Shown piece after piece: positions 1 through 8,866 of a stretch of DNA of 16,121 nucleotides (position 1 is its first letter; each line of letters opens with the position of its first letter). The notes under the pieces are model-generated. The model saw only the letters and a list, made by a program, of their open reading frames with translations, ran no database searches and was not told where the DNA came from. Position numbers and translations under genes: made by a program. This stretch comes from Thermoplasmatota archaeon. GTDB taxonomy: Archaea; Thermoplasmatota; Penumbrarchaeia; Penumbrarchaeales; Penumbrarchaeaceae. Location: contig CBDDUX010000100.1 in assembly GCA_965234725.1 (NCBI GenBank), positions 1 to 16,121 of the forward strand. Reading direction: 5' to 3'.

Positions 1-25
1 ATAGTATCGCCCTTTTTTCATACCC

Positions 26-388
26 ACGCAAAGCAGTGTCTGTAATTGACGCTCTATTTTGCTCGGGTCTTGACATCATCGATGGCAAGGTCAGCAGAAA
101 ACCGAAGGCGTAGCCTGTTTTCTGCAATGATTTCGAACTTGCGATGTGATGTAGATTTGACTGGACCTTGGAATTGCTGATCTACTAGTATCGTCATAGA
201 ATTCCAAGGCACGCACAATGGTATTTTATTATTGACGCTCCATTGGTGCTGTGGCTCGAAACTACGTATCAAAATAAGAATGACGAAAGTAGTTTCCGAG
301 CTTCTTTTATTAAGAAGCAAGTTACGAAAAAACTCGCTCCACATTTTCATAATCTGTTGTGAACAACAGTTCATGAGAGTTTTTTTTT
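26..388 (+). other. Hairpin-dense non-coding segment (candidate structured RNA 3' part or MITE-like remnant), ending in a T9 tract
   Basis: Six inverted repeats: 66-77/81-92, 94-102/117-125, 166-175/200-209, 254-265/289-301, 300-306/312-318, 354-359/364-369. ATTGACGCTC is repeated at 45-54 and 231-240, and there is a T9 run at 380-388. No convincing protein. Confidence 0.4.
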
Positions 389-572
389 AATTTGGATCCG
401 ACTTAAAGAATTTCATTTTCCTGAATTTAATAAGATGGTCCATGAAATATATTTATCATTGATATTTTGCATATATTATTTAATTATATTCTGATTCTAT
501 CATGAATATTCTGGAATAAAGTATTTCAGGAAGATTTCCCTAATGGGGCCAATCAACTCAGGAGACCTATAA

Positions 573-2168
573 ATGATTTCGAGAAAGTACACACTTTCGG
601 CTCTCTTAAGAAAAGCAGCAGAGACAGATCCGGAAAGGATCGCAATATTTTATAATGAACGTATTTTCACCTATTCCCACCTCGATGATATGGTATCAAG
701 GTTCGCTTCCGGACTACTGAAGAAGGAACTGAAAAAGGGAGATAGGGTGGGCCTCTATATGCCCAATTATCCTGAATGGATCATAGCTTTCTTTGGGGTA
801 GCAAGGATGGGGGGTGTAGTTGTTCCCATGAACACGAGGTACAAGTCCAAGGAAGTGGACTACATCATGAACAACTCCGAGGCTGCTGGCCTCATCATGA
901 CCTCCGATTTCCTGAACATCGATTACGTGGAGATCCTAGAAGGACTAAGAGGAAAGATACCTGATCTCAAAAAAGTAATGGTTCTGGGAGATAAGATCTC
1001 AGAGGGGATGGACCGATTCGAAAGCATCCTTGAACTTGGCAAGGACCATGAAGATGATGAGATACTCAAAGAGATTGAAAATGGAATAGAAGAGGACGAT
1101 GTCGTCTTCATACTTTATACATCAGGCACTACAGGTGAGCCAAAGGGTGCCATGCTGACTAACCTTAATATCTCAAGGAACGCCGAGCATATCGCACAGG
1201 TAATGAAACAGAACGTCGAGGATGTGACATTGATCGTGGTTCCATTCTTTCACTGCTTCGGGTGTGTCATCGGGATCTCCGCCTCAGTATCAGCTTCAAG
1301 CGGAATGGTTCCCATGCCGATATTCGATGTCGATGAGGCATTGACCTACATGGACCTCTTCGATATATCCATAGTGCACGGGGTTCCAACAATGTTCATC
1401 GGTTATCTGGAGTCCCTGAAGAAGAAGGATTACAGACTGAACAGTGTCAGGACAGGGGTCATGGCCGGAGCTCCCTGTCCGGTCGAGGTAATGAAAGGTG
1501 CGACCGATAGGATGGGAGCGAATATCGTCATCGCTTACGGACTGACCGAAGCGTCCCCTGTCATAACAATGACAGACCTCAACGATGATATCAAGGACAG
1601 GGTGGAAACAGTAGGAAAGGCCCTTCCTGACCAGGAAGTAAGGATCGTCGATGAGGACAACAGACCTCTCCCCCCTAATACAACTGGAGAGCTGGTGGTT
1701 AGAGGATACAACGTCATGAAAGGCTACTTCAAGAAACCAGAGGAAACCCGTGAAGCCATTGATAGTGAAGGTTTCCTCCATTCCGGTGACCTGGCTATAA
1801 TGGATGAAAGAGGATATTACAGGATAGTGGGAAGAAAAAAGGATATGTACATCTGTGGTGGCTTCAATGTATACCCCAGGGAGATAGAAGAGTTCCTCTT
1901 CAAATTGAATTCCGTTGAGAACGTTTCAGTGGTGGGAGTTCCGGATCCGAAGTTCGGAGAGGTTGGTCTTGCCGTCATCAAGGTCTCAAAGGGTATGGAG
2001 AAGGTGACAGAGGATGATATCATCAACTATTGCAAGGTAAATCTGGCCAATTTCAAGGTGCCCAGATATATCTGGTTCATCGATGATTACCCTATGACAC
2101 AATCAGGCAAGATACAGAAGTTCAGGCTGAGAGAAATGGCCATGGAGAAATATGGTCTAAAAAACTAG
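573..2168 (+). CDS. AMP-forming acyl-CoA synthetase / fatty-acid--CoA ligase (ANL adenylate-forming superfamily)
   Basis: 531 aa with the AMP-binding motif YTSGTTGEPKG, YGLTEASP, SGDLA..D, GRKKDM and C-terminal SGKIQK catalytic Lys. AGGAG RBS upstream. Substrate cannot be determined. Confidence 0.93.
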   Translation: MISRKYTLSALLRKAAETDPERIAIFYNERIFTYSHLDDMVSRFASGLLKKELKKGDRVGLYMPNYPEWIIAFFGVARMGGVVVPMNTRYKSKEVDYIMNNSEAAGLIMTSDFLNIDYVEILEGLRGKIPDLKKVMVLGDKISEGMDRFESILELGKDHEDDEILKEIENGIEEDDVVFILYTSGTTGEPKGAMLTNLNISRNAEHIAQVMKQNVEDVTLIVVPFFHCFGCVIGISASVSASSGMVPMPIFDVDEALTYMDLFDISIVHGVPTMFIGYLESLKKKDYRLNSVRTGVMAGAPCPVEVMKGATDRMGANIVIAYGLTEASPVITMTDLNDDIKDRVETVGKALPDQEVRIVDEDNRPLPPNTTGELVVRGYNVMKGYFKKPEETREAIDSEGFLHSGDLAIMDERGYYRIVGRKKDMYICGGFNVYPREIEEFLFKLNSVENVSVVGVPDPKFGEVGLAVIKVSKGMEKVTEDDIINYCKVNLANFKVPRYIWFIDDYPMTQSGKIQKFRLREMAMEKYGLKN

Positions 2169-2211
2169 ATATAACTCACTTCCTAATAAATCCTTGTTCC
2201 ATCTACACCAT

Positions 2212-2222
2212 AAGGTTAAATT
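2212..2222 (+). promoter_or_regulatory. Putative archaeal TATA-like box for the por/ior operon
   Basis: AAGGTTAAATT, about 15-25 nt upstream of a structured leader and about 150 nt upstream of porC. Confidence 0.35.
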
Positions 2223-2367
2223 AGGGGCTTCACATTGGGAAAAACCCGGCTTCTTTGCCGGATATGCACCTACTGATAAGTCCGTATTTGATCCATAGGG
2301 GGCCCCCGTCCCGATCATATATTTCAAGAGTAGGTTTTTCCAACCATATGAAACACGGAGGAGTAAA

Positions 2368-2928
2368 ATGATAGAGATCCGTTTCCATGGAAGAGGCGGC
2401 CAGGGTGCCGTTGTAGCATCAAGGGTTCTGGCCGAGGCCGCATTTATTGAAGGAAAAGATGTTCAGGCCTTCCCGTATTTCGGTGTAGAGAGAAGGGGAG
2501 CACCTGTGACAGCATTTACCAAGATCGATGACAGACACATCAGGGACAAATCCATGGTGTATGAACCCAACTATGTTATCGTTCTGGAAGCTTCACTTCT
2601 TCAGGCTGTTGATGTTACCAACGGCCTCAAAGAGGATGGGATGGTCCTTGTGAACACCGAAGGGGACGGCAAATCGATCATGAAGGAGCTGGGTGTCAAG
2701 AAACTTGCCGTGGTCAACGCGACTAAGATCGCCCTGGAGAACAAGCTAGGTTCCAGAGTGCAGCCCATAGTCAACACAGCGATCGTGGGTGCTTTCGCAA
2801 AAGCAACAGGACTGGTCGGCATTGAAGCTGTCGAAGCTGCCATTATGAACCTTCCAAGATATCCTGAGAGGAACGCAAAGGCTGCAAGGGAAGCTTATGA
2901 AGCCATAACCATACTGGAGGATGATTGA
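2368..2928 (+). CDS. porC: Pyruvate/2-ketoisovalerate:ferredoxin oxidoreductase gamma subunit
   Basis: N-terminal [40 protein letters not shown]; first gene of the gamma-delta-alpha-beta order. Confidence 0.95.
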
Positions 2929-2929
2929 A

Positions 2930-3199
2930 ATGCCCATGACCATAGATGAGATACCTCCGACCCCTATGAACACTCAGAGTTCAAGGGTCGTAAAGACCGG
3001 GGGATGGAGGGCTTTCAAACCTGTTTGCGATAATTCCAAATGCATAAAATGCTGGACATGCTGGAAGTTCTGTCCGGATGTTTCCATCGCTATTGGAAAG
3101 GATGGGCCCATATACGATTACGACCACTGCAAGGGATGCGGTATATGCGCCAATGAATGCCCTGTGAAATGTATCAAAATGATACCGGAGAACAAGTAA
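2930..3199 (+). CDS. porD: 2-oxoacid:ferredoxin oxidoreductase delta subunit (2x[4Fe-4S])
   Basis: KTGGWRAFKP, CIKCWTCWKFCP, DYDHCKGCGICANECP. Start moved to ATG 2930 because GGAGGATGA at 2916-2924 fits as RBS; 2921 is the alternative. Confidence 0.93.
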   Translation: MPMTIDEIPPTPMNTQSSRVVKTGGWRAFKPVCDNSKCIKCWTCWKFCPDVSIAIGKDGPIYDYDHCKGCGICANECPVKCIKMIPENK

Positions 3200-3212
3200 G
3201 GGGGGGTAAAAA

Positions 3213-4415
3213 ATGGTCAAGGATATAATGACAGGAAATAAGGCGACAGCCTATGGTGCCATGCTTGCAAGGGCACAGGTCATCGCAGCATATCCCATTA
3301 CACCTCAAACCACCATAGTGGAGAGGATCGCAGACCTTATCTCCGAGGGAAAATGGGATGCAAAGTATGTTATGGTGGAATCGGAACATTCGGCCATGGC
3401 AGCAACTGTGGCCGCCTCGAATACAGGAGCAAGGGCGTTCACAGCCACTTCCTCCCATGGTCTTGCACTCATGCATGAGGTCCTCATGTGGGCCGCGGGA
3501 GCAAGGACCCCGGCGGTCCTTGTGAACGTTAACAGGGCAATGGGACCACCCTGGTCCGTCTATGCAGACCATCAGGATGCCATGGCAGAAAGGGACACGG
3601 GAGTGATCTCGATCTGGGCCGAGAACAACCAGGAGATCCTGGACTCCGTTATCATGGCCTACAAAGTTGCCGAGAACAAGGATGTTCTGCTCCCTGCCAT
3701 GATCAACCAGGACGCATTCTACCTTTCCCATACTTCAGAACCGGTTGATATTCCGGATCAGGAAATGGTGGACGGATATCTTCCCCCGTTCGAGACCAAG
3801 ATCAAGCTCGATATTGACAATCCCATAGGATTCGGTTCCTTCATCATGCCTCCTCAATATATGGAGTTCAGGGCACATATGGCCAGGTCCATGGACAAGG
3901 CCAGGGACATTATCAGAAAGGCCGACAAGGAATGGAAAGAGCTGACCGGCAGGTCCTACGGCGGCATGATGGATATGTACCAATGTGAGGACGCTGAATT
4001 CATTCTTTTCGGAGCCGGTACCATGATGTCCACTGCCAAAGATGTTGTGGACCAGCTCAGAAAGGAAGGGAGGAAGGTCGGTGTTGCAAGGCTCAGGGTC
4101 TTCAGACCATTCCCGGTGGATGAGGTCAGATATCTGGCAGACAGGGCCCATGCCATTGGGATCCTCGATAGGACCTGTACTTTTGGCTATGGCGGGCCTC
4201 TCTTCAATGAGATGAACTCGCAGATGTACAACCATGGTAAGAGACCAAAGACCAAGAACTACATCGTCGGGGTCGGCGGAAGGGACGTCAGGCAGAAGCA
4301 TATCCGGGGTATCTTCGACGATCTTGTGAAAGTTTCCAAGGAAAACTACGGTGAGGAAGGGGAGATCCACTGGTGGGGTCTTCTCGATGGAAAGACACCG
4401 GAGGTCGAACTTTAA
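3213..4415 (+). CDS. porA: Pyruvate/2-ketoisovalerate:ferredoxin oxidoreductase alpha subunit
   Basis: AAYPITPQT, VESEHSA, TATSSHGL, RVFRPFP, GVGGRD motifs; 400 aa. POR versus VOR specificity not resolved. Confidence 0.94.
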   Translation: MVKDIMTGNKATAYGAMLARAQVIAAYPITPQTTIVERIADLISEGKWDAKYVMVESEHSAMAATVAASNTGARAFTATSSHGLALMHEVLMWAAGARTPAVLVNVNRAMGPPWSVYADHQDAMAERDTGVISIWAENNQEILDSVIMAYKVAENKDVLLPAMINQDAFYLSHTSEPVDIPDQEMVDGYLPPFETKIKLDIDNPIGFGSFIMPPQYMEFRAHMARSMDKARDIIRKADKEWKELTGRSYGGMMDMYQCEDAEFILFGAGTMMSTAKDVVDQLRKEGRKVGVARLRVFRPFPVDEVRYLADRAHAIGILDRTCTFGYGGPLFNEMNSQMYNHGKRPKTKNYIVGVGGRDVRQKHIRGIFDDLVKVSKENYGEEGEIHWWGLLDGKTPEVEL

Positions 4416-4427
4416 GAGGTGATCAAG

Positions 4428-5330
4428 ATGGCAAACCTTACAATTCCGGAAGAGGAGCTCATGGAACCGGGGCATATGGGATGTCTCGGATGCGGTGCCA
4501 CTCAGGCAATGAGATATGTTCTGAAAGCTGCGGGTCCTAGGACCATTCTGTCCATCCCTGCTTGCTGCTGGGCGGTCATGCCAGGAGTATGGCCAAATAC
4601 TTGTCTGAAGGTCCCCGAGCTCTACACACCATTCGAGACCACCGGAGCCTCCATCTCTGGCATAAGAGCGGCATTGGATGCACTGGGAAAAGAGGATATC
4701 AATGTCATCGGATTTGCCGGCGACGGTGGGACCGCTGATATCGGGCTACAGGCCCTCTCGGGTGTTGCTGACAGGAACGATGACGTCCTCTACATCATGT
4801 ATGACAACGAGGCTTACATGAACACAGGTATCCAGAGATCAGGATCGACCCCCATCGGAGCATGGACGACAACAACACCGGTAGGTACCAATCAGGCTTG
4901 GGAGAAATCACCCAAGAAATCCGTGGCTGACATCATGGTGGCCCATAGACTGCCTTATATCGCCACAGCATCCACAGCCTATCCGGAGGACCTCATAAGA
5001 AAAGTGCAAAAAGCTTTGAAGATCAAGGGGACGAAGTTCATCCAGATCTTTTCACCTTGCCCTACGGGTTGGAAAATGGATCCCGGTCTGACGGTCAAGA
5101 TAGCAAAGGAGGCGATCTCTGCAAGGGCTTTTGCCCTTTACGAGGTTGAGGACGGCGTTTACAAGATCACAATGAAGCCAAAGCAGACCCCCCTCAAGGA
5201 CTATCTTTACAGACAGGGTAGGTTCAAGCATATGCCAGAGGACCTTATTGCGGAAGTGCAGAAGGACCTTGAGAAGAAATGGGAGGAACTGCTCTTCAAA
5301 GAGGAGTGCGCCCAGAGAAAGAAGGAATGA
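4428..5330 (+). CDS. porB: Pyruvate/2-ketoisovalerate:ferredoxin oxidoreductase beta subunit (TPP-binding)
   Basis: GCLGCG, GDGGTADIG...YDNEAYMNTGIQRS TPP motif, SPCPTGW. RBS GAGGTGA at 4416-4422 supports ATG 4428. Confidence 0.94.
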   Translation: MANLTIPEEELMEPGHMGCLGCGATQAMRYVLKAAGPRTILSIPACCWAVMPGVWPNTCLKVPELYTPFETTGASISGIRAALDALGKEDINVIGFAGDGGTADIGLQALSGVADRNDDVLYIMYDNEAYMNTGIQRSGSTPIGAWTTTTPVGTNQAWEKSPKKSVADIMVAHRLPYIATASTAYPEDLIRKVQKALKIKGTKFIQIFSPCPTGWKMDPGLTVKIAKEAISARAFALYEVEDGVYKITMKPKQTPLKDYLYRQGRFKHMPEDLIAEVQKDLEKKWEELLFKEECAQRKKE

Positions 5331-5369
5331 TAAGAATTTCTTCCTTACAATCCAAAAAGGAGTGATGAT

Positions 5370-7274
5370 ATGCATCCATTATTAGAGGATAAGCCAGGTA
5401 AGAAGATGCTGGTCCTGGGGAACGAAGCGATCGCCCGAACTGCCGTGGAAGCAGGTGTCACACTTGCCGCCACCTACCCCGGAACCCCCTCATCTGAGAT
5501 CGGGAACACTCTTCACAAGATCGCCAAGGAGGCTGGAATGTACTTCGAGTTCTCCACCAATGAGAAGGTTGCCTTCGAGACAGCGGGAGCTGCCGCGGTA
5601 GCCGGGGTAAGGGCTTTCAGTTTCATGAAGCATGTTGGATTGAACGTCGCCGCCGATGCCTTCATGACATTGGCCTATACTGGTGTTAGGGGAGGATATG
5701 TCATTCTCACTGCAGACGATCCTTCGTGCCACAGTTCCCAGAACGAGCAGGACAACAGGTACTTCGCTAAGATGAGCGGAGTCCCCATGCTGGAGCCCTC
5801 CTCTCCCGAAGAGGCCAGGCAGATGATGCATTATGCATATCAGATATCCGAGAAGTTCGAAGAACCTGTCCTCTTCAGGACAACAACGAGGATGAACCAC
5901 GTCAGGGGAGTCATTGAACTGGGTGAGATCAGACCCCCGCAGGGAAGGGTTCATTTTGAAAAGGACCCGGGCAGATTCGTCACGGTTCCTGCCAACGCAA
6001 GGAAAAGGCGGCTCGCACTTCTTGAACTGATCCCGAAGATGGAATCCGAATCCGAGGTGTCACCTTTTAACAAGGTGATAGTTCCCGAGAAGAGAAATAT
6101 ATCCGGGGACCTCAAGCTCGGTTTCATCACTTCCGGGGTCTCCTACAATTATATAATGGAGGTCCTGGAGAACTTCGAATTCGGCGTCCAGGCAAGGGTA
6201 TTGAAACTAGGTATGACAGCACCTCTACCTGAAGATATGATATCCGAGTTCTGCCAGGAGAACGATCTAGTCCTCACTGTGGAAGAAGGGGAAGGATACC
6301 TTGAGGAGTTCACAAAGGCCATACTCAAGGAGAGGAACATTCCGACACAGGTCCTTGGAAAGAGGGACGGTCATTTCCCCTTCGCTTTCGAATACAACCC
6401 TGATGTTGTCATGAAGGGCATAGTAACCTCCCTGGAATCCGTTGGAAGGGACGTCAAGGTCCCGGAAAAGGAGAAGATGGAATGGAGCAAGACCATACCG
6501 GAACCCCCCAGACCTCCCGTCATGTGCCCGGGATGCCCCCACAGGGCTACCTATTTTGCCGTCAAAAGAGCCACAAAAGGTAAGGCTGTCTATCCAACAG
6601 ATATCGGCTGTTATACCTTGGGGATAATGCCTCCCCAGTCCACAGGTGATGTTCTGATCTGTATGGGAAGTTCTGCCGGTTCTGCCGGAGGCCTTTCAAG
6701 GGTTGTGGATGAACCTGTAATCGCTTTCATGGGAGATTCTACCTTCTTCCATACTGGCATCCCGCCCCTTGTAAATGCGGTCCACAACGGTCACAAGTTC
6801 GTATTGAACATCATGGACAATGCCACCACGGCGATGACCGGTCACCAGCCGCACCCCGGTCTTCCCATAGATGGAATGGGCGACATCGCCGTTGCAATAT
6901 CCATCGAAAACGTATGCAAAGGGATCGGAGTGAAGTTCGTCAAGACTGTGAACCCCTTGGATATCAAGGCCACCACCAAGGTCTTCGAGGAGGCCATGGC
7001 ATTTGATGGTCCGGCTGTCATTGTAACAAAATCTCCCTGTGCCCTGCTTCTCGACAGGAACCTCAGAAAGGCAGGTAGGAAGAGGGTAAAATATACGGTA
7101 GATCAGGAAAAATGCAGGAAATGCGATGTCTGTACGAAGACGTTCGCCTGTCCTGCCTTCTACAAGGAAGGTGACGATCATTTCGTAGATCCGGACCTCT
7201 GTCTGTCCTGCGGTGTGTGTGAGCAGGTGTGCCCATTCGGTGCCATGGGACCCGTAAAGGAAGGAGGTGAGTGA
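5370..7274 (+). CDS. iorA: Indolepyruvate:ferredoxin oxidoreductase alpha subunit
   Basis: GNEAIAR, YPGTPSSE, NEKVA, MKHVGLNVAAD, SSQNEQD, CPGCPHR, DIGCY, GDSTFFH, TAMTGHQPHP, and a C-terminal ferredoxin domain (CRKCDVC...CP, CLSCGVCEQVCP). Confidence 0.96.
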   Translation: MHPLLEDKPGKKMLVLGNEAIARTAVEAGVTLAATYPGTPSSEIGNTLHKIAKEAGMYFEFSTNEKVAFETAGAAAVAGVRAFSFMKHVGLNVAADAFMTLAYTGVRGGYVILTADDPSCHSSQNEQDNRYFAKMSGVPMLEPSSPEEARQMMHYAYQISEKFEEPVLFRTTTRMNHVRGVIELGEIRPPQGRVHFEKDPGRFVTVPANARKRRLALLELIPKMESESEVSPFNKVIVPEKRNISGDLKLGFITSGVSYNYIMEVLENFEFGVQARVLKLGMTAPLPEDMISEFCQENDLVLTVEEGEGYLEEFTKAILKERNIPTQVLGKRDGHFPFAFEYNPDVVMKGIVTSLESVGRDVKVPEKEKMEWSKTIPEPPRPPVMCPGCPHRATYFAVKRATKGKAVYPTDIGCYTLGIMPPQSTGDVLICMGSSAGSAGGLSRVVDEPVIAFMGDSTFFHTGIPPLVNAVHNGHKFVLNIMDNATTAMTGHQPHPGLPIDGMGDIAVAISIENVCKGIGVKFVKTVNPLDIKATTKVFEEAMAFDGPAVIVTKSPCALLLDRNLRKAGRKRVKYTVDQEKCRKCDVCTKTFACPAFYKEGDDHFVDPDLCLSCGVCEQVCPFGAMGPVKEGGE

Positions 7275-7275
7275 A

Positions 7276-7887
7276 ATGGCAATGCTCAATCAGAAGGCTT
7301 GTACTGTCCAGATAGTGGGTGTCGGAGGGCAGGGAGCTTTGACCGTTTCCAAGATAATCGGTGCTGCCGCTTTGAAGAAGGATGTTCAGATCATTGTTTC
7401 CGAGATCCACGGCATGGCACAGAGGGGAGGAGTGGTCCAGACCACGATAAGGCTGGGAGAGACGATCTCACCACTGCCATTCTCCTCTGATATTACGGTA
7501 CTGGTTGGTTTCGAACCTCTTGAGGTTTACAGGGCCAAAGATAGGATAACATCGGAAACGGTGGTTGTTGTTTCCACTGACCCCATACGTCCGATATCTG
7601 TCTCGTCACTGGGACATAAATATCCAGATATCGAAGAGATCCTTGAGGATATTGGCAGGAATACGAATTGTCTATTCTCACTCTCTGCCAAGGAGAAAGC
7701 AATGGAGGCAGGGAACGAGAGGGTTTCAAACGTGGTAATGCTCGGGGCCCTTACCGGTACCGATGTTCTGCCTTTCACCTACGATGAAATGAGAAATGCT
7801 ATTGAAGTATCGGTTCCTCCGAAACTACTCAAGGCAAACCTTAAGGCTTTCGACCTTGGTTACAAGTCGGTCCATGGCAGGAAATGA
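7276..7887 (+). CDS. iorB: Indolepyruvate:ferredoxin oxidoreductase beta subunit
   Basis: GVGGQG, SEIHGMAQRGGVV, FEPLE, NVVMLGAL, NLKAFDLG. GGAGGTGA RBS at 7263-7270 supports ATG 7276. Confidence 0.95.
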   Translation: MAMLNQKACTVQIVGVGGQGALTVSKIIGAAALKKDVQIIVSEIHGMAQRGGVVQTTIRLGETISPLPFSSDITVLVGFEPLEVYRAKDRITSETVVVVSTDPIRPISVSSLGHKYPDIEEILEDIGRNTNCLFSLSAKEKAMEAGNERVSNVVMLGALTGTDVLPFTYDEMRNAIEVSVPPKLLKANLKAFDLGYKSVHGRK

Positions 7888-7888
7888 G

Positions 7889-8866
7889 ATGGAACGGGTA
7901 GGTCTCACAACCACAGTCCCGTTGGAACCCTTCTTGGCCTCTGGAAAGATCCCGGTGGACCTGAACAACGCTTTCATCACAAGCAAGGATCCGAATGGGC
8001 TTGTGGAAGAATCTCAGGTCAGGGGCTATCCAAGGAACATATGCACCTGGATAAAAGGACTGAGGTCTGCGGCAGACCAGGTCGATGGAGTTGTTGGTGT
8101 CGTTAGAGGTGATTGCTCCAATACCGAGTCTCTCCTTTCTTCACTCTCCAGGGAAGGACTGCCGGTCCATCCCTTTTCATACCCTTATTCCAAGGAGCGG
8201 AAGGACCTTGTCTTTGAGATAGAGGCACTATGCAGCTTTCTTGGTACGGGGATCGAGGATGCCGCCATCGCAACAAAGGTCGTCAGGGATCTCAGGGACC
8301 TGGCACTTGAGTTGGATGAGATCTCCTGGAAGGAGGGTGGGATACTTGCTGAAGATGTTCACCTGACCTTGGTATCCACATCCGATTTCAATGGCGACAT
8401 CGATGAGTGGAGAAGAAAGACACTTGAACTAATAGACGGTCCCCGGGAGCTTCCTGTATCGACGGAAGGGCCCCGATTGGGATACATAGGAGTCCCTCCA
8501 ATAATCACTGATTTCTTCCCTAAGCTCCAGGGGTTGGGCGCTGAGATCGTATTCTTCGAGACCCAGAGGCAGTTTGCAATGCCAGCCAGGACAGGGGATT
8601 GGATAGAGGATTACCTTGAATACACCTATCCTTACGATATATCAGCAAGAGTGGCAGATATCAGGGCTGAAGTTAGGAGACGTGATCTGGACGGATTGGT
8701 TCACTATGTCCAATCCTTCTGCCACAGGCAGATGGATGACATGATCTTCCGACATGAGATCGATGTGCCTATACTTACACTTGAAGGGAACCTTCCCGGA
8801 CCCTTGGACGAGAGGAGCCTGATCAGATTGGAAGCCTTCCTGGATGTTCTGGAGGGAGGTCCTTGA
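7889..8866 (+). CDS. 2-hydroxyacyl-CoA dehydratase (HgdB/FldB-C, HGD-D) family Fe-S protein, single subunit
   Basis: VGLTTTVPLE, PRNICTWIKG, GDCSNT, DGLVHYVQSFCHR, PILTLEG...RLEAFLDVL. Start taken at ATG 7889 immediately after the iorB stop; 7874 is possible, and the ORF-track start 7796 overlaps iorB. Confidence 0.85.
   Translation: MERVGLTTTVPLEPFLASGKIPVDLNNAFITSKDPNGLVEESQVRGYPRNICTWIKGLRSAADQVDGVVGVVRGDCSNTESLLSSLSREGLPVHPFSYPYSKERKDLVFEIEALCSFLGTGIEDAAIATKVVRDLRDLALELDEISWKEGGILAEDVHLTLVSTSDFNGDIDEWRRKTLELIDGPRELPVSTEGPRLGYIGVPPIITDFFPKLQGLGAEIVFFETQRQFAMPARTGDWIEDYLEYTYPYDISARVADIRAEVRRRDLDGLVHYVQSFCHRQMDDMIFRHEIDVPILTLEGNLPGPLDERSLIRLEAFLDVLEGGP

Noticed and set aside
54..374. 106-aa ORF on the - strand
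   Set aside because: No recognisable motif or RBS, and it coincides with a hairpin-dense tract; more likely non-coding, though not excluded.
2221..2345. TPP riboswitch or hammerhead ribozyme in the por leader
   Set aside because: Lacks the TPP core (UGAGA, ACCUG). CTGATAAG does not match CUGANGA and the hammerhead stems cannot be built.
7796..7888. N-terminal extension of the dehydratase ORF
   Set aside because: Overlaps iorB by about 90 nt; family-like sequence starts at MERVGLTTT (7889).
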